This document shows, piece after piece, positions 47,713 to 60,736 of a DNA stretch of 64,000 bases. Origin of the DNA: Antechinus flavipes. Its lineage: Eukaryota. Position 1 is the first letter of the stretch. Each line of letters opens with the position of its first letter. The stretch is taken from positions 518,816,001 through 518,880,000 of the forward strand of contig NC_067400.1 of the NCBI RefSeq assembly GCF_016432865.1, written 5' to 3'. A model generated the notes under the pieces. The model did no database searches. It was given only the letters and a program-made list of their open reading frames with translations, and was not told the origin of the DNA. Made by a program: the position numbers and the translations under genes.

Positions 47713-50700
47713 TATTCCAGTTGTCAGAGGCAATTGAAGAGCCCAAAACAGGGCATAAAACAGTTGAAAACTAGATTAGGAATCAGAACACTTGTGACTT
47801 GGTTCTGGCCACTGATTTACTTTTTGGCCTCGGACCAAGTCTCCATCTCCAAAGCTCAGTTTCCTCTACTATAATTTGGGTGCTATACCTGAGGTACCTC
47901 TCAACTTTTAACAGTCTGTGAATCTGTATCACATACTTTAAGTGTGTGTTAGGGGGGAGGTAAGAGTATAGGGAAGACTGAAAGAGACAACTAGACAGAA
48001 AAAAAAAAAGATAAAGAGTTAGAAAAATACAGAGACTAGGAGTGTCTTAGAGAAAGATACAAAATCAGCAGATGAAATAAAGTTGAAAGTTCTATTAACA
48101 AATATAACATGCTATGCAGGAGGCTGGTTATACATAATTTAGCATGCCTCTTGTTGTGAAAATGCCTCTTTGATGTACACCAAATTACTAGGAATCTAGT
48201 AAAATTATCCCTTTAATAATAGACTTTTAAATGTAAAAGAAAATAATTGTGGGCCAAAGAATTTGATTTCTTACCTAAATTCAGGGAATAGAGATGATAT
48301 ATTGAATTTTTTAAATTTCCAATTGGAAGTAATCTAACTCTATGAAATTTGGGAGGGTTACATGTCATTTGATAATGGAAAAGGTTAAGCCAATCTTAAA
48401 TGCCATTGATTTTGAGAACACAGCTTCTGAGATTTTAAAGACATTTGTGTCTTCAAAATTATAGCAAAAATATTATCTAATGGAATTTTAGACATGGGCC
48501 ATGTCAAGGGCCAAACATTCCCCATCCCTGCTTTTAGGGCAAAAGATTATGCCAGCCAGGATGATGGTTAGTGTAAAATGGCTTAGCTTATGACAATCTC
48601 TCAATCCCCAACACAGAGCTTTCTTTGCACATGTTACAGCTTATTGAATTATGAATTAAAAGGAAGTTTTTAGATCTCACAGATCTTACATTTTTATAAT
48701 GCTTTAAATATTTCAAATCTCTTTACAACACCTAAGTGTTGACCTCCATTTTACTGATGGAAGAACTGAAGTTCTAAAAGGCTCAGCTCAAAAATGGTTC
48801 GCCCAAAGTCATAGACATAGGTAGTAACACAATTGGGATTTGAACCCCAGTCTTAAGTACAGAACCTCAGAATTGGAAGGATCCCTCAGAAGCTACCTAG
48901 TTTAAGCCAAATTTGGACAAGAATCACCCCTATAAAATAATAGCTTTTCTATAGTTAAAGTTTGCCAAGTGCTATATAATTACTTTTTTTCCCCCTCACA
49001 ACAATAGTAGGGAGGTAGTGGCCATTATTATTATTACCATTTTACAGATGAGGAAACTAAAACAGAGTTTGGATAATTTTCCCAGGGTCACAAAGCCACT
49101 AAATGTCTAAGACTGTAACTTGGATCTTCTAGATTCCATGTTTGGCATTCCACTGTGGCCCCTAACTGCCTCTAACTTTGAGCCCAAATCAATTTAATGA
49201 GGGTAGCATATAATGTAATTTATCTCCTCTGTTCTGGACATTATGTCTCATGAATGCAAACTAAAATAGCATTAACCTTTTTGGCTAACATGTTCATGTT
49301 GATGGATATTGAGCTTGAAGTCAACTCTAGTCATCATTCCCTATTCCTGTACCTCAAGCTGTGGTTCAGAAATCCAAACCCTATTCTCAGACATCATCTT
49401 TTTACATGATCCCTTCCCATTCCATATTTGTGAAATTAATTTTTTGAACTCTAGTATAGATCTTTACATTTGTTCTTAATGAATTTCATCTATTAGATTC
49501 AAGCCACCATCACAATCCATTGAGATGTTTTTGGATTTGAATCTTATCTAAGATGTCAATTATTCCTCCTGTCATCTACAAATTTGGTAAATGTGTCTTC
49601 TCTCGTTATCCACATGATTGATAGCTATATTACACACAGCATTCTGGTGACCTAACAGCCTGACTACCCCATCAAGACTGGGAAGGAGTCTCATATGGCA
49701 CAATGAACTCCTAATGAGGCCATATTGGCCCTTAATTATTGATTCCCTTTCTAAGTATCCACAAGTCATCTCTTTTTAATCATGTGTTCTAGAAGCCAAT
49801 CAGGAATTAAAAGTCCAACTCATTTTCTTATAGTTTGTAGACTGTTTCTCTCCCTTTTCGAAACTTGGAACAGTTATCCTTCTCCAATACTACAGTACCT
49901 CTCCCTTTCTCTAAGACCTTTCCAAATTTCTCAAAGACCTTTCTAAGTTCACTGTTCTTCCTGTACCTTGAGATGTAGCTCATATGGGATTAATGACTGC
50001 TACCTAACCATCTCCTCACCTATTTTGAGTTGCCAGTTCTTGCTCATTTTTGTTCCAATCTTTCTAGTCCAAAGATAATTGTCTGTGTAAGACAACACAG
50101 TGGGGGTGGGTTGGAAAGAGTCCAGTTAATTCATCTTTTTCACCATCCTCCATTATCTTAGTCCAGCACTTCTACTAGGAGTCACTTGTTCTTGGTATCC
50201 CTATTCCTTCTCCTAAAGCAACTAGTTTTTAGAATCTCATCCCAAGCATTAGTTGTAGAATAACAGTTCCATTTGTTTCTTCTTTCACATTAAAAATAAT
50301 ATTAAAGCAAGTCACAAATTATCTGTTCTGTATATAACAGTGAGAGACAGAGGAAGACACACTGAGAGACAGAAACAGAGATAGAGACAGACAGACATTC
50401 AGAGAGAGAAAAGGAGAGATTTGAAGTGGTGATAGGCTGTCATTTTTTCAATTGTATTTGACTCTTTGTGCGCCAGATGGGATTTTCTTGACAAAGGTAA
50501 TACAATGGTTTGTCCTTCCTTCAGCTAATTTTACAGATGAAAAAATTGAGGCAGAGTTAAATGACTCACTCAAGGTCACATAGCTAATACGTGTCTCAGG
50601 CCAGAGCTAAACTCAGGAAGATAAGTCTTCCTGATCTCATTCTCTGCATTAACTAGCTGCCCAAATATCACAATTATATCAAGCTTCCATTCCAGTTTGT

Positions 50701-50899
50701 GATATGTTCCCCATGATGCTCAAATTCCTCCTTTTGCACAGATGTCTTATAGTATACTCTAATGACAGTAGTTTCTTTCTACCTCTATTGATGTAAAATG
50801 CTCTCCATCTTGGTCCCCTCCCCAATGACATTTTTTAAAATAAATATAAAATATTTATATTTGTTAGTCCTATCTCACCAAATCTCAAAGAAACCTATG

Positions 50900-51330
50900 A
50901 AATAAAAAGTATGTCCATGTATTATTATCTCAAATTCATCTTATTTTTAATATCCATCCTTGATACATTTGTTTTTAGATATTGATGGCCATAAGTTTTA
51001 TTGCTGATACTCTTAATTCTTGTTTACTAAGAATTACTGATCTTCTCTTTTATTATTTTTCCTTTGTATACTCATAAGTCTTTAAGATTCCAAGGTTGTC
51101 CGGTTTATTTAAAAAGAGTTCAAGTTTAATTTAAACTTTTTTTGGTTGGATTTACATGATTCTAGACAAATGTATTTTTTGTTGGGTATATAGTTATCTT
51201 TCCTCCTCCTGCATTCCTGAAGTTTAAACAGTGTACCAGACATGAGCCACTCTTCCAATACCTTGCTTCTAAGACTTGTACCACAATCATTAATGATGTG
51301 ACCCAAATTCTGAAAACTTGTCATGCAGTG
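50900..51330 (-). mobile_element. Possible ancient RTE-like LINE ORF remnant
   Basis: Minus-strand TSFQNLGHIINDCG resembles the post-RT F.YLG..I motif of RTE-clade elements; otherwise highly degenerate. Confidence 0.35.
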
Positions 51331-51564
51331 GAAAATTAATAGATCATGTTCTTTTGTGGTACAATGGATAGATGGAGGTCAATTCTAAAGTGGAAATAAT
51401 AACACCTACCTCACTACATATAGTGTAAGGATCAGATGGAATATTTGTAAAACATGCTTACAATAGTGCCTGCCACATAATAGGTTCTATATGAAGCTTT
51501 ATTCCTTTCCCTTCTCTTTTCTTTTTAAAGCTCAACCCCAAAAAATTTTGAAAAATGACTTTTT

Positions 51565-51697
51565 GGGGGGTAGCTAGTTAGTATAGTGGATACAGCACCA
51601 GCCTTGAAGTCAGGAAGACCCGAGTTCAAATCTGACTTCAGAATTTAACGTTTCCTGGCTGTGGGTCGGTGGGCAAGTCACTTAATCCCAATTGCCT

Positions 51698-51752
<55 letters not shown>
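51565..51752 (+). mobile_element. WSINE1-type SINE with a pure A51 tail
   Basis: ggggtagctag...gcaccagccttgaagtcaggaagacccgagttcaaatc...gggcaagtcacttaatcccaattgcctcagc, then poly(A) at 51702-51752. Confidence 0.85.
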
Positions 51753-51754
<2 letters not shown>

Positions 51755-53040
51755 ATTGTTAGAATAATAAGTAATAAAATAATAAGTTTAAAAAGATGAA
51801 TAATAACTTCAATTCAACAAGCATTTATTTTAAGTGACTGATATTTTCAAGAGTTTCTGCTGAACACTAAGAGATACAAATATTGTCATCAAAGATTGTC
51901 ATCATCACAAGCATCATCATTATTGTCATCACCAAATGGCACCATCGCTAGCACTTATATAGCACATCAAAATTTGCAAAGCATTTTACATATGGATTAA
52001 CTCAATTACCTCCATTTCCATCACACTTCAAGTTTTTCCACACACAGTTCACAATGGCTCCATGTGGGTCATAGTGAAAGGACTAATCATCCTCTTTTTC
52101 ATTGGAGGAGTTAGCACAGAAAAGTGAGATGACCCACCCAGTTGGAGCTAAAATGATTGCAGGTGTCAGGGACTGCTGTAAAAACATAAGGTCTAGTTCA
52201 TTTAGATTAGAAATCATTTAGGTTCTCATTTTAAAAATAAACTGAGGTGATTCATCCCAGCTGCAAGGCTGAGGTTCCAATCCAGACCCTCTGACCCCAA
52301 ATTCAGTTTTCCCCTCACCTGTCCATGCCCTCGAGGAACTTATAACCCTAAGAGGAAGAGAAGACAAGAATAAAAAGGCAATAAAGTCATGTGCATAAGA
52401 ATAAGCATAAGAGTAAGGGATAAAATGCTTAGGAGACATCTAAAGAGTTTGTTGAAGGAGACAAGGAACCATAATCTTTTACCCCAACCAATGGTCCATA
52501 ATTGTAAGCAGTGACATAGAATGATTTTTTTAAATTTTGTTTCTGTGGAGAGATAACAATCAGATAATGGAGAGGACACCCACCTGTGAAAGTTGGATTC
52601 CTTGTTCTGCTACTTACTAGATGAAGGATTTAAGACCAACCTTCTACTCCATCCTCCCTCATGCATCTCTGCTGTTTTAACAATGGGGAGCTCAATTCCT
52701 TTCCCACATTTTTACATGTAAAATGGGGAGATTAAATTCAACCATTTCTAAGACATTTTCAAACTCTAATATTCTATGATCTAACATCCCATTCAGCTCT
52801 AACATTCTGTATCCTAAGAGTGATACTTGCTTTAACATTATTTGTTCTGTCTTCTAAGCTCCTTTCCAACTCTCACATTCTGTGTTCTAAGATTTCTACT
52901 AATTCTAATTTTTTTGTTCTGTATTTTAAACCTATATCTTTAACATTCTGTGTTGTAATATATCTATGCACTCCAACATTTTTTGTTCTGTATTCTAAAT
53001 TACCTTCCATGAGTGACATACTATGTTCTAAGGTTCCTTC

Positions 53041-53173
53041 NNNNNNNNNNNNNNNNNNNNNNNNNNNNNNNNNNNNNNNNNNNNNNNNNNNNNNNNNNNN
53101 NNNNNNNNNNNNNNNNNNNNNNNNNNNNNNNNNNNNNNNNNNNNNNNNNNNNNNNNNNNNNNNNNNNNNNNNN
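53041..53173. other. Assembly gap (133 N)
   Basis: Run of N. Confidence 1.
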
Positions 53174-53772
53174 GGACCCATGCCAGGGTAATTTTTTACA
53201 ACATTATCCCTTGCACTCTCTTCTGTTCTAATTTTTCCCCTCCCTCCTTCCACCCCCTCCCCTAGATGGCTAGCAGGCCTTTACATGTTAAATAGGTTAC
53301 AGTATATCCTAGATACAATATATGTTTGCAGAACCGAACAGTTTTCTTGTTGCACAGGGAGAATTGGATTCAGAAGGCATAAATAACCCGGGAAGAAAAA
53401 CAAAAATGCAAGCAGTTTATATTCATTTCCCAGTGTCCTTTCTTTGGGTGTAGCTGCTTCTGTCCATCCTTGATCAATTGAAACTGAATTAGATTTCTTT
53501 GTCAAAGAAATCCACTTCCATCAGAATACATCCTCATACAGTATCGTTGTTAAGGTATATAATGATCTCCTGGTTCTGCTCATTTCACTTAGCATCAGTT
53601 CATGTAAGTCTCGCCAGTCCTCTCTGTATCCATCCTGCTGGTCATTTCTTACAGAACAATAATATTCCATAACATTCATATACCACAATTTACCCAGCCA
53701 TTCTCCAATTGATGGGCATCCGTTCATTTTCCAGTTTCTAGCCACTACAAATAGGGCTGCCACAAACATTTT
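53174..53772 (-). mobile_element. Young L1 3' end including the ORF2 C-terminus
   Basis: Minus-strand KMFVAALFVVARNWKMNGCPSIGEWLGKLWYMNVMEYYCSVRNDQQDGYREDWRDLHELMLSEMSRTRRSLYT. Confidence 0.9.
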
Positions 53773-55347
53773 GTTTGCTCTGTGTTCTAAACTCCCATTT
53801 TTAATAGTCAATGTTCTAAGATTTCTAACCACTCTAACATTCTTTGTTCTATATTCTAAATTCCCTTCCACCTCTGATATATTCTTAGGTTCCTTCCCGC
53901 TCTAACATTTCTTGTTCTGTATTCTAAACTCCCTTTAAGCTCCTACATTGTCTATAATATTTTTTTAAATGACAATGAAAATTGGAGAAATCAAGCTTCT
54001 GCGATCCCTTAAGCTCTTTCTCAAAAGATAGCAACTTTTTGCTTTCCTGGATATTGCTTGGTTTCTTTTTTTTTTTTGACATGGTAATAATAGTTTAGTC
54101 TTTTGGGAAATCTTTTGGAGCTTCACCTGAAAGAACTATTTGCCAGTTCCAACAGTGTGGTTGGCAAGCATAACAGCAGAGACGTGTTAATGTTGAGATA
54201 CATGCAGTCCTGAGGTGTGTATATTTTAAAGAACATTCTGTTACTGAACAAGAATAAGGGAGAACTGTTTGGGGTTTTTTGTGTGCTACAAAATATTTTC
54301 TGTGCCACACAGGAATATTTTAGAAAATGATTTATCATATATTATACTGGCTGGGATTGGCAAGTGAATGGTAGTAGTAGACATTACTGGAACAGAATAG
54401 AGAGACAAGTGCATTAGCAACAAATAATAAATGGTCTAACTTTAGATTCAAAGACCAGGTTTAGAAACAAAGCACTGAACTGGATTCTACTACCAACTCA
54501 GACCAAGCAAGTCAGTTGGCTTGCTAACAACTTTAAATAGGTCCATTTTCCCTTTCTAGGCTTTACCTTCATCCTCTGTAAAGTGATCCAGTTGGACTAG
54601 GCAATTCTTAATATCCCTTCTAAATCCAAGAATGATTTTTTTAAAATGAGAGTGATAGAGGAAAATATGGGAAAAAATGAGAGATATAGAAGAAAGATTT
54701 GGAAAGAGAGCTAACGGCTTGTAACAGCAAATATAAAAACCTTTCTCCAAATGAGTCTGAAAAGATAGATTAGGGCCAGATTGTAAAGAGCTTTAAAAGG
54801 TAAAGAGACAGGGACAGGAAAGAGTAGGGGTAGGATGAGAACATGTAGGGGTGCAATAGAGAGCCACTGAAGTAAATTGGAATTAATGTGAGTCTTCTCA
54901 AAAAGGATGATTAAACCCATAGGAGCTAATGAGGTTACTAAGACAGTGTAGAGAGAGAAGAGAACCCAGAATAGAACCTTGGGGAACAACCATAGTTGTA
55001 GTCATAGTATGATGAACCATCAAAAGAAATAAGCCAAGTATCAAGTAGGAAGAAAATGAAGAAAGGAGAGAGTACATAGGAGGAGAAAGTGATTAAGAGA
55101 GTGAAAAGCAGCACATAAATTGAGGATTAAAACTGAGAAAAGGTCATGAGATTTGATAGAAGAGTAGTTTCAATTTAGTAATGAAGTCAGAAACCAGATT
55201 GCAAGATTGAGGAGAAGCAATAAGGGAAAGCTGTTTTTTTTCCCCAGGCTTCTGGCTGGAAAAAAACATAAAAGATATAGGATGACAAGCAGAGGAGAAG
55301 CAGTGACACTGACCTTCTTTCTCAAAAAAAGTCAATTCAAATCTCAA

Positions 55348-55737
55348 NNNNNNNNNNNNNNNNNNNNNNNNNNNNNNNNNNNNNNNNNNNNNNNNNNNNN
55401 NNNNNNNNNNNNNNNNNNNNNNNNNNNNNNNNNNNNNNNNNNNNNNNNNNNNNNNNNNNNNNNNNNNNNNNNNNNNNNNNNNNNNNNNNNNNNNNNNNNN
55501 NNNNNNNNNNNNNNNNNNNNNNNNNNNNNNNNNNNNNNNNNNNNNNNNNNNNNNNNNNNNNNNNNNNNNNNNNNNNNNNNNNNNNNNNNNNNNNNNNNNN
55601 NNNNNNNNNNNNNNNNNNNNNNNNNNNNNNNNNNNNNNNNNNNNNNNNNNNNNNNNNNNNNNNNNNNNNNNNNNNNNNNNNNNNNNNNNNNNNNNNNNNN
55701 NNNNNNNNNNNNNNNNNNNNNNNNNNNNNNNNNNNNN
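55348..55737. other. Assembly gap (390 N)
   Basis: Run of N. Confidence 1.
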
Positions 55738-56108
55738 TTAAAAGTCTGGTACAGAGGCATGGTATGAGAGTAGTGATTGGGGATCTTAAATATTCATTTA
55801 TCTGCTTGTGTTCTTTCTGGAAAAAGCAGAATTTCAAATAAGTTATTTATCTTTCATAATGTAGAGGAATTGGATATCTGAGAATTAAATTCTGAAGAGA
55901 CAAAGTAATTCCAATGAGAAGAAAAACAATTGGATCAAGAGACTCCCATGGACTCCCATTCTTCTTATTTTCTTTGGCCTTTTCCTTTGAAAATTATAGG
56001 ACAGTGTGACCTTAGACAAGTCATTTAACCTCAATTGCCTCAACAACAAAAAATGATTAGAGAAAAATGGGAGTTGGAATCCCCAAAATGAGGAGATTTA
56101 AAAAGGAA

Positions 56109-56259
56109 NNNNNNNNNNNNNNNNNNNNNNNNNNNNNNNNNNNNNNNNNNNNNNNNNNNNNNNNNNNNNNNNNNNNNNNNNNNNNNNNNNNNNNNNNNNN
56201 NNNNNNNNNNNNNNNNNNNNNNNNNNNNNNNNNNNNNNNNNNNNNNNNNNNNNNNNNNN
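56109..56259. other. Assembly gap (151 N)
   Basis: Run of N. Confidence 1.
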
Positions 56260-59200
56260 AAAAGAAAGGAGGGATAGGAAGGAAGGAAAGAAAGGAGGGT
56301 GGGGTGGAAGGAAGGAAGAGATGACAGAATAAATGATCAGAATTGAAAAATGGATTTATTTTTTTGAAGAACAAGAAGGTCAGTATCATTGGATCATAGA
56401 ATACATGGAGGTTGTAAATTATAAGAAACCTGGAAAGATGGGGAACAAGAGGATGTTATAAAGGCTTTAAAAGCCAAACATCAGAATTTATATTTGATCC
56501 TAGAGGTAATAAGAAGCCACTGAAGTGTACTGAATAAAGATGTGATATAATCAGACTTGCATTTAAAAAGATGACTTTGACAGCTGAAGGGTGGACTGGA
56601 GTAGGGCGACTTGTGTCAGGGAGACCAACCAGTGTTCAGCGTGAGGTGATGAGAGTCGACATGAGTTGGTGGGAAGCGGGGAGTTGTAGTGTCAAAAAAA
56701 GAAGGGAGAATATAAGAGAGATATTAAAAAGGTAGAAATGCTGGGACTAAACAAATGGTTGGTTATGGAAGAGTGAGAAGCATTACAGACTCAAAGATGA
56801 CACATAGATTGTGAGTCTGTATGACAGGGAGGATGGTGGTACCCTCAACAATAATAAGGAAGATGAAGAGGGCTTGTTGGAAAAAATAAGTTCAGTTTTG
56901 GACGTGATGAGTTTGAGATGCCCTCATGAATGCAGTTTGAAATGTCAAAAAGCATAAGAAACTGGGGATCAAGAGAAAGGATGAGGCTGCTAAGGAGACC
57001 TCTGTTATTCTGGATGTCTCAACTATACTTACAAGGAGGCAGTTATGAGGTCAATATAAAGAAAGCCTTCCTAACGTTTAGAGCATACAGAAATAAAATT
57101 GATTGTCTCCTCATTAATGGAAGTCTTCGAGAGGGAAAGGACTGGATGAAAAATTATCATGGAAATTGTGAAGGGATTCCTACTCAAGTATGAATTGTGT
57201 TATATGACTCTCAAGTTCCCTTCCAGTTCTGAGACTGTGATTCTATGGCTGTCCTAAATTTATGGGAACCAGGTGGTACATTAGATAGAGTACCAGGTAT
57301 GGAGTCAGAAAGAAGAGTTCAATTTAGCTTCAGACTCTCACTAGCTGTATGATCCTAGGCAAGTAACTTAATCCTATTTGCCTCAGTTTTCTCATGTGTA
57401 AAATGAGCTGGAGAAGGAAATGGCAAATCACTCTAGTATCTTGGCCAAGAAAACCTAAAATGGGATCACAAAGAGTCAGACATGACTAAAATAATAACCA
57501 AACAATAGTGACTATCCTTTACAACTGCCATGAGGCTTGATGGTTCAACTGAACCTCTAGTGAGGAAGCTCACTGCCTCATAAGGAAGTCTACTCCAAGA
57601 CACAACAATTGAATACACAAATCTATAGGATTCAGAGAGTCACAAACATGTTTGAAGAAATGAAAGATTTTCCGACATGAAAATGAGAATTTAGAGTTCA
57701 ACACTAAATTTCCATATGATGCTTGAAAACATCAAAATTCAAATAGAAGATACTTCACTTACATTATAGTTTAGTACTTATTTAGTTTTCTTGGATACAG
57801 TGGCTCTCAGTGGGAAATGCTCTCTCCCAATGATTCAAATCATGTCATCTGTCTCATCCAAACCTTTCTGGAAAAATCTTCTGTAAAATACCCATCCAAA
57901 ATGCTGGATGCCTTCCTCCAGCTTTATTCTACATGTATATTTTTTGCCAAAAGCTAGAAAGAAAAATTCTCTTTGATCATCTTTACTGAATTACATTCTG
58001 ATAGGGAGGAGGGAATAGCTAATAAGTTGTTTTCCCTGTGCCAAAGTATAAGTAAAATAATGCATTGACTAGCTTGGATACCTGGCTCAGATGATCCCTT
58101 CACCCATGCTTCTGGTTTGAGATTTCAGTTCTCTATCAATGATCTTTTTGTACGGGATCCTATCAACTAAAAAGCACTCTTACTTATTCCTGGCTATATT
58201 CCAGTCTAAAGAAAAGAAATATCTAATAATTAGTGCTCATTGATCAAAAAATGAGATAGAATGAGCTCTGGACTAGGAGGTGGGAGATCAAGATTCTAAT
58301 CTAAGTTTTAATACTAACTCAGTATGTGACTTCAGATTTGGCACTTCTTATTTTTGTGACTCCGTTTTCCACTCTGTAAAATGGGGTGATTGGATCATTT
58401 GGACCATATTGGACCATAAATTCCATTATGACTTTAATATCCTATGTTCTATAAAATATTCTGAATATTTTATATTCAAATATATTTGAATATATTCTAC
58501 ATTATATATTCATATAAGAATATGCCTTATTCCTTTTCTGTCTTAGAACCCTCATCTCATTCTGTTCTGTTTTGTCATTGTTCACATCTGTATCTTATAC
58601 TTCCTATGAAACTGGGAGTTCTTTGTGGTCAAGGACTGCATCTCATTCATCCATTTTTTTCTCCTTTAATGCTGAATAAAGAATCACACACGTCAATTGT
58701 TCAGGAATGAATGAATGTATAGATGGATGGATGGATGAATTGGGGTTTGTTGAAAGGTAGTTTGTATGTAATACAATGTGACACTGGGGTCAGAATAGGT
58801 AGGTTTAAATCCTAGCTCTGCCATTTACTGAGAGACCCTGAGCAGATCATTTAGTATCTCCAGCCCTCAATTTCTTCATTTGTGAAATGGGAATAATACT
58901 TGTACTACTCATACCACATAATCATTGTGAGAAAAACCTTAAAACTATAAAAAAATAGATACTATTGTTATGTTCTAACATCCTTCCCAGTTATGACATT
59001 TTGTATTTTGTGGTCCATTCTGATTTCAATATTTTATATTCTAAGGCCCCTTTCCAACTTTAACAGTCCATTTTACATGAGAAAATACATGGGGAAAGTG
59101 TGCTTTGAAAAAACAAAAGATCAAACCATAGATCACTGCTAAGGGAGCTAAGAATTCCCATTCTCATTTGAGTTATACTATGAGTCTTGATTTCCCTATC

Positions 59201-60430
59201 TGTATAATATGGGAGCCTGACTTGATGCCCTATATTATAACAATAGTAATGACTCATATTTATATAGCATTTTACAGTTTTGGCTCAGATCTGTTTCAGC
59301 TTCAAGTCTTTATATCCCTGGGTTGAATGTGTGCTTTTTAATCACATGATGCCAAAGCAGACCTCAACTCAGCCTGTGCTAAAACATTATGAAATTCTGC
59401 ATTCACAGGGGAAATGGCTAAGGTTCCACTCTAGTGACATGTGGCACCATCTTTGGGCATTGTGACTTCTATAATGGGGAATACTCATGAGGGCAAGGGG
59501 AGAAGTGACAAAAACCAAAGAACTGTGCAGAAATGGGGCAGTGGGAGTCAGTGAAAACAGGGGTGAAGGATTCCTCATGTCCGCCATCATTTCAGAGTCC
59601 TCACTCCATCCAAAATCAAAGCCATCAAATGTACAGAAGTTGCTATGTGAATTTGGGCATTTCCTTCCTTCTTTGGGGGAATTACTCTGCTCTACCCAGA
59701 TATTATGTAGATCAGATGACATAAACGTGAATTCCCAACTCTGAATCTCTGTTCCCTTATCTGTTATATAGGGATGATTAGACCTCTTCTATTTACTCCC
59801 TGGGAGTTATTGTGAAAATCAGGTCACTTTGAAAAAGCCATTTGTCTGCTTTGGGCCTCAGTTTTCCCAACTGTAAAATGAAAGGGTTGGACCCTGCCAT
59901 GTTCACCACTTTGCAAGGGAAAGGAATAAAGCATCAGAAGATGGGAGAAGACCACTTCAGAAAACATGTTCCTGGTGGCCTTGGAAAGTGGGACAAAGTG
60001 AGGAAACAGCAGTAGTATTAGGCTTGCTTGGAGTTTTGTGATCCAGCATGAAAGGTTAGCTTAAAGGAAGAGCAGGAGGGAGTAACCTAAGCCAAGAGGT
60101 AAGACCAGATGTTCTCTGCATAGGATGCTGAGTCTCGGTACAGTATCATCACCATGTCATTGGGAATCTGTTCTTGTGGGCCACGGGCAGGTTATAATCA
60201 ATTGGCAAGTGCATTAAACAGCTAAATCCTGGCCCCGATCCCAGTTCTAGCCCTGAGAACATGCTGATCTTAAAAGCTTTCTAATTGGATCTCCAGTTAG
60301 AGGCCACTTTCCTGAATATCCCTGGGGTGTCTCCTGTTAGACCACAACCCATCAGACAGTATGTGCTTGGTTCCTGGTCATGGCTGTCCCTCTGTGACCT
60401 CCATAGTGACCACTTCTCTCTCCTTTCTAG

Positions 60431-60677
60431 GACGCCAGCCCAACCCAGCAGCCCAGCCCAACCCAGCAGTCCAGCCCAACCCACCAACTCAACTCAACCC
60501 ACCGCCACTGGGGATTCAGATAAGGATCAAGGTCCCATAGGCCAGGAGCCGCCTGCTGTGGCTGAGATCCCAGAAGCACCCAGGACAGAACATAATGAGG
60601 GGTCACTCAACCCCTCAGTCCCTGAGCTGCCGCCTAAAGAGCTGCCAGCAAAAACGCTCCCTTCTGAGGGCCTGTGA
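60431..60677 (+). CDS. MAP6: MAP6 terminal exon 4 of the long (N-STOP-type) isoform; 81 aa
   Basis: Pyrimidine-rich acceptor cacttctctctcctttctag|G completes the GA|G Glu codon from exon 3. Translation TPAQPSS...GDSDKDQGPIGQEPP...SEGL* carries the AQP and DKDQG motifs found at the start of eutherian exon 4. AATAAA follows at 60731. Confidence 0.88.
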
Positions 60678-60730
60678 AGACACACTCATAGTCTGCATGA
60701 AACATGTGCTGTATTGTCTTGCTGGAGTCC

Positions 60731-60736
60731 AATAAA
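60731..60736 (+). terminator. Poly(A) signal for the long MAP6 isoform
   Basis: AATAAA 54 nt after the TGA, with UG-containing sequence downstream (aatgtgtctggtc). Confidence 0.7.

Larger units (their letters stand above)
52745..53945 (+). repeat. Degenerate ~35-bp tandem array (ctctaacattctgtgttctaag...), interrupted by a gap and an L1
   Basis: Repeated ttctaa/ctctaacattct units at 52745-53040 and 53775-53945; smaller arrays near 33665-33745 and 58950-59060. Confidence 0.7.
54540..57020 (-). mobile_element. Antisense L2 fragments spanning two gaps
   Basis: Purine-rich antisense L2 (gataatagaaccttggggaacaacc; aaaataagttcagttttggacgtgatgagtttgagatgcc). Confidence 0.65.

Noticed and set aside
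60285-60430. N-terminal 49 codons of ORF 60285..60677
   Set aside because: Upstream of the acceptor and includes the pyrimidine tract; intronic.
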